From a virus (Duplodnaviria > Caudoviricetes), in IMG/VR virus record IMGVR_UViG_3300025451_000026, positions 1-40,825 of that record: a DNA stretch of 40,825 nt; one strand, given 5' to 3'. Of this stretch, positions 27,860-35,295 are shown one piece after another. Under the pieces are notes generated by a model that saw nothing but the letters and a program-made list of their open reading frames with translations, made no database searches and was not told the DNA's origin. The position numbers were made by a program, and so were the translations under genes. Position 1 is the stretch's first letter; each line of letters starts with the position of its first letter.

Positions 27860-29865
27860 TATTTATTTCCCATTTGTAATGTAGCAATTCGCTCATTGGA
27901 TTGAATATCAGCAGCTTTAAGATTAACTGTTTTCTCTTTAAGCATCATCTCAGCCAGTTTCAAACGCTTCTCAAAGCTGTCACCTTGATCTAAGTTTGTA
28001 GCTGCTGCCTGAACCATACGAACTTGTTGTTCTTGTGGAATCATCTGAGTCTCTACAGTAATCTTCTGAGTCTCTGCCTGCTTCTTCATAGCACTTGCAC
28101 TGACATCGGCTACTTGAGCTGCTGCAAGCTGTTGTGCTGCTTGTTGCTGTGCCTGTTGAGCTTGTGCTGCATTAGGGTCTGGTTGACTCATCTTCTCTAA
28201 GCCTGTCATCAGTTCAGCGCGGTTAGAAAGACTGGAGTTACCGAGAATACCTTTAAGCAACAAAGGCAATACAGGAGTATTAGGGCCAAGTGTCTGCAAC
28301 AAGCCAATAAGCTGCTGTTGTTCAAACTCACGAGCCAATACACCAAGAGTAGCTGTAGGCACAAAGACCATATCGACAGAAGGATAACGCTCAGGGTCAA
28401 ACTGCATATAGCGATAGGCTGCTTTATTGATAAAAGGAATCATAAAGTCTTCTTGGAAGTTCACCAAAGTACGTTTGTACTTCTTGATGATACCTGCCAT
28501 AGCCATCGACATCCCTTGCTGACCACCTTCACGAGGGACGCTTGAGGGCAATCCTGCGGAGTCTACAGTGCCAGTAGCTTGAAGCAACATACGCTCAAAG
28601 TTCTGAGCCGCCGCTGCTGCATTACCGTCTGTCTGTCCGAAGTGGAATGGAAAGATAATATCTCCGGGTGGGCCGTTAGTGAGAATAGCTTTACCCGGCT
28701 TAACTTCAAACTTAGCACCTCGTGGAAGCCGTGTAGCATCCATAGCGATCATAGGGGCTGTAGTGAGGGCTAGAGAATCCATATGAGCACGCAGTTGACC
28801 GTCAATGGCCTTCTGCATATTGTATGCCTTCTCTACAGTTCCTCGTCCGTGGAAGCGACCCGGTACAGTATCATCTTGGTAGGCGATTACAGGACGATCT
28901 TTCATCATGTAGGGGTTCTCTTCAGCTTTAAGGAGAACAGAATCGTTAGCAATGACGATAATAGCCTCTACAAGCCCTGAATAATCATCAGCTACAGAGT
29001 CTTCAGGGAACAGGTCTACAACCTCTTTACCGTCATTCTCCAGCCCTAAGAGGTACTCTTTAGGCACTAAACCGTAGTAAGTGATGATCTTAACCTTATC
29101 ATCTTGATAGTTACGAAGTTCCTGAGTAGGTTCCAAGGAAGTATCGTCATATTCAGGTGTAATATCTACTTTCTTGTAAATACCGCGTTCCATACCTTCA
29201 ATAATTTTGTGAATTGATACATATTTCTCAATTGCACATCCCATAGCTTCATCAATAGAGTCTGCATTAGGGTCAATAAGGAAGTTCTTGGGGTTTACAG
29301 GCTTAATTCGTACACTTGTACGCTGAGATTCTGTAACACCAATAGCTGCTGTGCCTTGAATACCCGGCATAGCCTGTGTAGCTGGCTTATATTGTGTTTC
29401 ACTCTTGATAATGATCTCACCGATACCTGTACCGTAGATTTCAGCCATCAATTCAATGTGGTCGATACTTTTCTTGATCTTATCCTTCTTAAAGTCTTCC
29501 ATCAACTGAGCTTTAAGAGCTTCTACGTCCATTGGGTTGCCATCTACGTCTTTCAAGTCATCTTGAATATCGAAGAATTCACCCTGACCGAAGATAGCTT
29601 CGATGATCTCTGCGTGCCGGGTCTCCACAGCCTGTTGAGTGGCAGGTGAGATGATACGGCTACGCTCTGAGTCACGAGTCTTGTCCTCTGCTGCCCACTG
29701 ACCACGGAAGATACGCTCATACTCTTCCCACAAATCAAGGAAGTTAGAGTCTCGATAGTCGCGCCAGCGATCAAGATGGTCTACAACCCATTCAGTAAGC
29801 TCTTTCTCACTGTCCGTAGGTTCTTCCCACTCGGGCATATCCTTTTTACTTTTATTTGTAGCCAT
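27859..29865 (-). CDS. Portal protein
   Basis: 668 aa directly after TerL; YGTGI, NFLIDP, F.GRG motifs; Gln-rich coiled-coil C-terminus. Confidence 0.88.
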   Translation of the reverse strand: MATNKSKKDMPEWEEPTDSEKELTEWVVDHLDRWRDYRDSNFLDLWEEYERIFRGQWAAEDKTRDSERSRIISPATQQAVETRHAEIIEAIFGQGEFFDIQDDLKDVDGNPMDVEALKAQLMEDFKKDKIKKSIDHIELMAEIYGTGIGEIIIKSETQYKPATQAMPGIQGTAAIGVTESQRTSVRIKPVNPKNFLIDPNADSIDEAMGCAIEKYVSIHKIIEGMERGIYKKVDITPEYDDTSLEPTQELRNYQDDKVKIITYYGLVPKEYLLGLENDGKEVVDLFPEDSVADDYSGLVEAIIVIANDSVLLKAEENPYMMKDRPVIAYQDDTVPGRFHGRGTVEKAYNMQKAIDGQLRAHMDSLALTTAPMIAMDATRLPRGAKFEVKPGKAILTNGPPGDIIFPFHFGQTDGNAAAAAQNFERMLLQATGTVDSAGLPSSVPREGGQQGMSMAMAGIIKKYKRTLVNFQEDFMIPFINKAAYRYMQFDPERYPSVDMVFVPTATLGVLAREFEQQQLIGLLQTLGPNTPVLPLLLKGILGNSSLSNRAELMTGLEKMSQPDPNAAQAQQAQQQAAQQLAAAQVADVSASAMKKQAETQKITVETQMIPQEQQVRMVQAAATNLDQGDSFEKRLKLAEMMLKEKTVNLKAADIQSNERIATLQMGNK

Positions 29866-29882
29866 TTGTTCCTTGTTGTTAA

Positions 29883-31154
29883 TTAATATCCTGAGATAAT
29901 ATCTAAAGTCATGTGTTCATCTTCTTCGTAGTCCTGCTGGTAACTACTGAGGGCGAGTTGGTCAATATATGAAAGAGCATCTATCAAGTCATCATGTACG
30001 CCTGAAGTAGGGAACATTACCATCTGGTCTTGGAACTCTCTCCAGTCCTCTTCAGGATTGAATGAGATACGTCCATGTTCCATCCGACCTTGCAAAGACC
30101 AGACAACTCGATCTACTTTCTTCTTGTTTCCGTGAGTAAGATCGTGGATGTGGCTGTACACATTGTTCTTACGCATTAGATCGCTTAGATAGGGCAATAC
30201 AGCGTTCTTCAGAGCACCTCGCTCTATACCTACTGCTGTAGGCTCATAATCGCGTATAACCTTCAGAATCGTAACAGCAGTCTCTTTAATGTCCCACCTG
30301 CCATGTAGAATCTTATCTACCCACCAGTTACCATCATCTTCTACCTTTACAATAGCGATAGCTGTTTCATCTAGTCTCTTCTTAGATGCTTTAGCACCAG
30401 AGCCTACTTCTTCAAAGCCTGCCAAGTCAATAGCAACCACATACTGCCCATAAGTAGGTTCAGGCTCTTTCTTGAACCACTGTTCTTTGAAGAGGTCTGC
30501 TCCTGCTGTATCGAAGCTAGACAAATATTCCTGCTTGAATGCAAATGAACTCAGGGTTTTCTTTGCAGCGGCAATCTCTTTAGGGTCGATGGTTTCATTA
30601 TCTGAAGTGGTGAAATGATAGCTTGTCCATTCTTCATCTCCGCCTTCATCTAAGTCTGCTTGGCCCATCTTAAATAGGTCATAGAACCAGTTACGTCCGG
30701 AAGGTGTTGAAATGAATAGTGCTCTACCTTTTTTATCTGATAGGGCAGCTCGGAGTACTCGTTCCCAGATGTCCTGTTTAATAAAGGCACATTCATCCAT
30801 TACTAAGTAGATTAAGGATACACCTCGTAATGAGTCAGGGTTATCTGCACCTCGTACAAGAATCTTACGATTGTTGATTAAAGTAATCTCAAGGTTGTTA
30901 ATGTGGCTAGACTTGATAACCTGTCTACCAAGGTCGTGTAGAAGCTCCCAGATAATAGTTCTTGCTTGTCCGATGGTAGGGGCTACGTACATGACGCTAG
31001 AGCCTTCAGGACAGTTTAAAGCCTCAATGAGCAGGGTGATAGCTGATAGCCTTGATTTACCACACCTACGTCCTGCTGCTACGATCTTGAACCGGGTATC
31101 ATCTTGGAATACTTTCTGTTGCCAAGCTAACAGTTCAAAGTTTAAAGCGGTCAT
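29883..31154 (-). CDS. terL: Terminase large subunit
   Basis: AGRRCGKS (Walker A), LRG, VMDE (Walker B), ISTP.G.N.FY, IDLA, HDDLIDAL. Confidence 0.96.
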   Translation of the reverse strand: MTALNFELLAWQQKVFQDDTRFKIVAAGRRCGKSRLSAITLLIEALNCPEGSSVMYVAPTIGQARTIIWELLHDLGRQVIKSSHINNLEITLINNRKILVRGADNPDSLRGVSLIYLVMDECAFIKQDIWERVLRAALSDKKGRALFISTPSGRNWFYDLFKMGQADLDEGGDEEWTSYHFTTSDNETIDPKEIAAAKKTLSSFAFKQEYLSSFDTAGADLFKEQWFKKEPEPTYGQYVVAIDLAGFEEVGSGAKASKKRLDETAIAIVKVEDDGNWWVDKILHGRWDIKETAVTILKVIRDYEPTAVGIERGALKNAVLPYLSDLMRKNNVYSHIHDLTHGNKKKVDRVVWSLQGRMEHGRISFNPEEDWREFQDQMVMFPTSGVHDDLIDALSYIDQLALSSYQQDYEEDEHMTLDIISGY

Positions 31155-31621
31155 ACGTCTGTAATGTCTGAGACATCATCCAATGTTTGAATTGATGGTG
31201 AAGACAATCCAGTTATGTTAATTGAAATCTGAGGCATTGAGCCATTAGAGTTCTTAGAGGCATCGAATGCACTAAGAGGTAACAGACGATCAATAGACAT
31301 TTTGATAGCAGCCATCTGTCCGGGATGCTCATCATTAAGTGCAATGCTAATCATCTTGTCTAAGATTCTAGTACCACCTGTAGCCAGTAGACGCTCTTTA
31401 AATTCCATCAATCTTCCAGTGTCACCGACTGGGCGGCCTACTTTACCTTTAGTTCTATCTTTAACTGCTTGAAGATCAGCTTTAGGTGGTCTACCTTTGC
31501 CACGAACTTTAGGTACTATTAATGGCGTATCTACTGGTTTACGTTTACTAATAGTAAAAGCCTTTGCTCTTATAGACCTATTTTCTTTTGTTTCTTCAAC
31601 AACTATTGTTTCTAAATCCAT
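31151..31621 (-). CDS. terS: Probable terminase small subunit
   Basis: Overlaps the TerL start; GRPP/GRP motifs; C-terminal I.INITGL; likely start MDLET at 31621. Confidence 0.65.
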   Translation of the reverse strand: MDLETIVVEETKENRSIRAKAFTISKRKPVDTPLIVPKVRGKGRPPKADLQAVKDRTKGKVGRPVGDTGRLMEFKERLLATGGTRILDKMISIALNDEHPGQMAAIKMSIDRLLPLSAFDASKNSNGSMPQISINITGLSSPSIQTLDDVSDITDV

Positions 31622-31849
31622 TAGTCTTTTATCCTTTCTAAGGAAGACAATCATCATCAATTGTTTATTCTGTAAGTGTTTACTTTAAAGTAACTATGAA
31701 GTCACTGAGAAGTTTAAACATTAAAGTAAATACTTTATTAATATAACTTTAATTTATTTATCTAAGTATGTATTTAACTTCTCAGTTCGTTTACTCAACT
31801 GTACACATTGTGTCTTAGAAGAGGGTCAAACTTCTTAGACTATATAGAT

Positions 31850-31878
31850 ATTATACACTACTATTTCTTAGATGTCAA
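31850..31878 (-). promoter_or_regulatory. Consensus sigma70 promoter heading the structural arm
   Basis: Minus strand TTGACA-tctaagaaatagtagtg(17)-TATAAT. Confidence 0.88.
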
Positions 31879-32190
31879 GCTTTTATTCTACTTTGCATGA
31901 ACTTTACCTAAACTTTACACTTATTTCACATGGTGAACTTCTTAGACTACGTACTGTTCAGTTCTTCGACCTACACAGTACACCTAAGATAATACCTTTT
32001 ATATTAACATTAACAGCTATTTGTCTATATTACTCTTTTGTCTATATAGATCAGGCACTTATGACTTTATAGTCTATAAGGGATTAAATCTATTTAGTTT
32101 ACTTAGTAGGTACTTTCTAGATTTCCTTTTTTGTGAACTTCAGAGGCTCCTGTAAAAGTTATACACTTATAGTTGACCCTCCCCCCTATC

Positions 32191-32330
32191 ATGTACTGCA
32201 CAGTCACAATCTATACTCATCAGTCACAATCCAGTCGCAAGGTACATGAACTATACTGCATGGTCATGAACTATACTGCATAGTCATACGTAGAACTACG
32301 TAGTCACTATCTAGACTGGTCAGTCACTTG
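32191..32330. repeat. Degenerate 20-bp tandem array, about 7 units
   Basis: (a/g)gtca recurs at 32202, 32222, 32262, 32282, 32302 and 32322; 32245..32264 and 32265..32284 differ at one base. Confidence 0.85.
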
Positions 32331-32432
32331 GTAGACTCTGAGAAGCGGGGGACTGAGATGGTGGCTACGAAGCATACCTATAGCATATAAAGCATACTAA
32401 TCAGTCATATTATATACTCTACATTCTAAGGG

Positions 32433-32448
32433 GCAAGTATCATGCCAA
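32433..32448 (-). promoter_or_regulatory. Sigma54 (-24/-12) element
   Basis: Minus strand TTGGCATGATACTTGC versus consensus TGGCACG-N4-TTGC, with exact GG-N10-GC spacing. Confidence 0.6.
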
Positions 32449-32515
32449 CACAAAAGGCTTTAAACGACCTACAAGCGACTATCAAGGGTTCAAGCCATAC
32501 CAGTACCAGACAAAG

Positions 32516-32584
32516 TTATCCACACTGGTAGTACTACTTATCCACATTATCAGGTCTTATATAAGACTAACAAGTTGTGGATAA
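32516..32584. promoter_or_regulatory. Three perfect DnaA boxes
   Basis: TTATCCACA at 32516..32524 and 32538..32546; TGTGGATAA at 32576..32584. Confidence 0.85.
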
Positions 32585-32633
32585 GTATTTTAGTGTGTTG
32601 TTTATTTGCAACAATATGATAATACCCTTACAG

Positions 32634-32663
32634 TTGACTGGGTTATTAATAACTCTATATAAT
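32634..32663 (+). promoter_or_regulatory. Early sigma70-type promoter
   Basis: TTGACT-18 nt-TATAAT; the spacer contains the palindrome GTTATTAATAAC. Confidence 0.7.
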
Positions 32664-32710
32664 TAAGCCATGCCAAGCAATTCAGCGAAGCAAACAACCA
32701 ACGGGTTATC

Positions 32711-32908
32711 ATGCTTACATATACGCACACAATCAACGATGCACTTGACCTTCACAGTTATTCTCTAGTCGGTGACTGTATTGACTTCGATGACACAATC
32801 ATCTATGTCGGCGAGCATACCTCACGGGTGCAGAGCATAATTAAGAGCATAGAATACTATGTTGACAATTTCAATGCAGTTGTCCAATATAAGACTGTAG
32901 TAGAATAA
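32711..32908 (+). CDS. Early hypothetical protein
   Basis: First ORF after the early promoter. Confidence 0.65.
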   Translation: MLTYTHTINDALDLHSYSLVGDCIDFDDTIIYVGEHTSRVQSIIKSIEYYVDNFNAVVQYKTVVE

Positions 32909-32978
32909 ATATAAAGCATAGCGTGAAGCCTATCAAGTAGGCTTCGCAGTATCCTTTAAACACTATAGAATGAATCAA

Positions 32979-33071
32979 ATGAAATACACAATACAATTGA
33001 CAATGATAGTCTTGACAATGGTAGTTATTCTATGCGGTATGCTAGAATACGTTGACTGTTTAACTAAATAA
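32979..33071 (+). CDS. Possible 30-aa membrane peptide, not in the ORF track
   Basis: MKYTIQLTMIVLTMVVILCGMLEYVDCLTK; weak RBS. Confidence 0.45.
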   Translation: MKYTIQLTMIVLTMVVILCGMLEYVDCLTK

Positions 33072-33090
33072 CCTTTAAGAGATAATTATC

Positions 33091-33843
33091 ATGTACCAAA
33101 CTAAAAACCTATTGTCAATCTCCGCTGATTCTAAAACTGTAAAGGGTGAGAAGTTGGGTTATCTTACAGGTATCTTATATCTAGCACCTGCTACTACTAC
33201 CGCATACAATACATGTAGCATGGCAGTTATCGCAGAATGCAGTAAAGCTTGCTTATATAGTGCCGGACGCGGTGCGTTCAATAGCGTACAGCAAGGCCGT
33301 ATTAATAAGACAGTATGGTACTTCGAAGATAGGTCAACCTTTATGGTTCAATTGTATAAAAACATTATGTCTCTTATTAATAAGGCAAAGAAACAGGGGC
33401 TTACACCACTGATTCGTTTAAACGGTACGTCAGATATACGCTGGGAAAACGTACCCTTTACAATTGACGGTATATATTATGTAAATATTATGGCGGCTTT
33501 CCCTGATGTAGCATTCTATGATTATTCAAAAGATGTTAACCGTGATAACTTACCCTCAAATTATGACCTTACATTCTCATATAGCGGTGTCTTGAAATAT
33601 CAAAAGTATGTCAATATAGCATTGTCTAAAGGCATGAGAATAGCTGTCGTGTTTAGGTCAAAGGATATTATCCCTGCTAAATTCATGGGATTAGATGTTA
33701 TCGGCGGCGATAATAGTGACATCCGCCATGTTGAGCCAAAGAACACAATTGTGGCTTTATATGCTAAAGGTACTGCAAGGCACGATATGACAGGCTTCGT
33801 AGTTGACAAAGCATCGACCCGCATGATAGCATTGTCCCTGTAA
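33091..33843 (+). CDS. GP88-like protein (Cys-cluster, radical-SAM-like fold inferred)
   Basis: C-x7-C-x3-C (CSMAVIAECSKAC), AGRG, IRLNGTSDI.WE, FYDYSK, NYDLTFS.S, GD.SD.R, L.AKG.A. Confidence 0.75.
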   Translation: MYQTKNLLSISADSKTVKGEKLGYLTGILYLAPATTTAYNTCSMAVIAECSKACLYSAGRGAFNSVQQGRINKTVWYFEDRSTFMVQLYKNIMSLINKAKKQGLTPLIRLNGTSDIRWENVPFTIDGIYYVNIMAAFPDVAFYDYSKDVNRDNLPSNYDLTFSYSGVLKYQKYVNIALSKGMRIAVVFRSKDIIPAKFMGLDVIGGDNSDIRHVEPKNTIVALYAKGTARHDMTGFVVDKASTRMIALSL

Positions 33844-33925
33844 TATAGAATACTGATTGTAGGGGCTAAATAGTGGCCCTTATGACCAGTGTTTTACTGG
33901 ATTAAACCTTAAAGAGTAACAACAA

Positions 33926-34186
33926 ATGAATAAATTCATCAATAGCATTCTAGCTGCTACAGAAGGTAAATTCTTTACAGTCGTATTTGTAAAAAAAGAT
34001 GGTACAGTAAGAACTATGAATTGTCGAACAGGGGTTAAGAAACATTTAAAGGGCGGTGTTAGCACTCTGGATGCTTCGCAGTACCTTACAGTGTATGACC
34101 TACAATCAGAGGGTTATAGGGCAGTAAACTACAGTACAATTCAGTCGGTAACGTGTCAAGGTGTGACAATCACTAACAACATTTAA
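33926..34186 (+). CDS. SH3/Sm-like beta-barrel protein (WYL_2/DUF2693-like)
   Basis: FFTV.F.KKDGTVR.M, VYDL...GYR motifs. Confidence 0.75.
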   Translation: MNKFINSILAATEGKFFTVVFVKKDGTVRTMNCRTGVKKHLKGGVSTLDASQYLTVYDLQSEGYRAVNYSTIQSVTCQGVTITNNI

Positions 34187-34201
34187 ACTAGAGAATATAT
34201 T

Positions 34202-34366
34202 ATGACTGACTTGCTGACCATACTTAGGACAATCACAGATGAAAATCAATTACTTGACTGTTTACAAGCTCTTATTGCCAACTTTCCTGAGAATGAAACT
34301 GTAGGAGATGCACTATTGGATTGTATTTTAGTGCTTGACGATAAATTAAACAATGTAGAGGGTTAA
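34202..34366 (+). CDS. Small acidic early protein (54 aa), not in the ORF track
   Basis: MTDLLTILRTITDENQLLDCLQALIANFPENETVGDALLDCILVLDDKLNNVEG; RBS agag. Confidence 0.75.
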   Translation: MTDLLTILRTITDENQLLDCLQALIANFPENETVGDALLDCILVLDDKLNNVEG

Positions 34367-34370
34367 TATC

Positions 34371-34544
34371 ATGTATAAAATCATAGAAAAGTCAAAACCG
34401 TTAGCGGTGCATTGTATATGCGACACAAAAGAGCGTGCAGAGCATTGGCTTCATGTTTTAGCGCCTGAATATTGTGCTAAAGGGTATTTTATGGATAAAA
34501 CACTTACACCAAATAGTTTCACAATTAAGGAATCAAATGTATAA
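34371..34544 (+). CDS. Small early protein (57 aa), not in the ORF track
   Basis: MYKIIEKSKPLAVHCICDTKERAEHWL...; RBS gaggg. Confidence 0.75.
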   Translation: MYKIIEKSKPLAVHCICDTKERAEHWLHVLAPEYCAKGYFMDKTLTPNSFTIKESNV

Positions 34545-34686
34545 AATAGTTCATATCTCTAGCGGTATTGTCGCAGCAACATTCAACGACAAAAGTTTTG
34601 CACGCGAATGGATAGAGGACAATTCAATTATGTCTGACGGTATAGTATTAGAGTTATATAAAATAGTGCGTGCTACCTCAGTTTAA
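34537..34686 (+). CDS. Small early protein (49 aa)
   Basis: ATG at 34537 after aagga; MYKIVHISSGIVAATF... Confidence 0.75.
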   Translation: MYKIVHISSGIVAATFNDKSFAREWIEDNSIMSDGIVLELYKIVRATSV

Positions 34687-34705
34687 TTTAAAGGAATAAT
34701 ATATT

Positions 34706-34906
34706 ATGAAAACAGTAATTAAATCAGCTACTGAAACAGTAGAGATTGTACGATGCACTACAGGGTTTATTATGTATATACACGATGGGCATGGTGAGGT
34801 AATAGCTACACGGGCCATCAGTAAGCTAGGCTATGCAGGTTATAGCTCAGGCGGTGATTCTCTTATGAGTGCTATTGAAAAGGCATTTGCGATTGTGGTT
34901 GAGTAG
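34706..34906 (+). CDS. Early hypothetical protein
   Basis: RBS aagga; packed ORF. Confidence 0.75.
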   Translation: MKTVIKSATETVEIVRCTTGFIMYIHDGHGEVIATRAISKLGYAGYSSGGDSLMSAIEKAFAIVVE

Positions 34907-34908
34907 TT

Positions 34909-35151
34909 ATGAGCGAACCACTTAAAATAGTAGCTGAATTGGTGTTAATCGCTTCTGTAGTGGTATCTGCGTTCTTTGCAGGGGCTTTCATGTCAGAAGA
35001 AGGGGCAAGGCTTGACAAAGCGAACATTGAAGGCAAGTGCAGGCAAGAAATTAAATTCAATGCTTATGTCGCAGAGACAGACACTGGTTGGCATTGTTTC
35101 AAAGAGAATATTGACAATGGGAAGTTGAGCAGATCAGCTATTGTACTTTAA
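34909..35151 (+). CDS. Membrane-anchored hypothetical protein
   Basis: N-terminal TM helix and a Cys pair in the C-terminal domain. Confidence 0.7.
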   Translation: MSEPLKIVAELVLIASVVVSAFFAGAFMSEEGARLDKANIEGKCRQEIKFNAYVAETDTGWHCFKENIDNGKLSRSAIVL

Positions 35152-35189
35152 AGGGTACGGTAGAGCTTTAATGAACCGTTAAAGGTACA

Positions 35190-35279
35190 TAGAAGCCCTT
35201 TAAAGGGGCTTAGAAGCCCTACAAAGGGGCTACGGTATAGCAGCGTAGCCTGAACAGTTAAACAGCCCTTCTAGGGGCT
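35190..35279. repeat. Cluster of repeated short inverted repeats
   Basis: tagaagccct(tt/ac)aaaggggct twice in tandem (35190..35231); agcccttctaggggct at 35264..35279. Confidence 0.85.
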
Positions 35280-35295
35280 ATAATTAGGATTTAAA

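Noticed and set aside
31872-32072. 66-aa + strand ORF in the non-coding gap
   Set aside because: No RBS, overlaps the late promoter, and its composition reflects AT-rich regulatory DNA.
32191-32330. CRISPR or mini-CRISPR array
   Set aside because: Units are contiguous degenerate 20-mers with no repeat-spacer alternation, and no cas genes are present.
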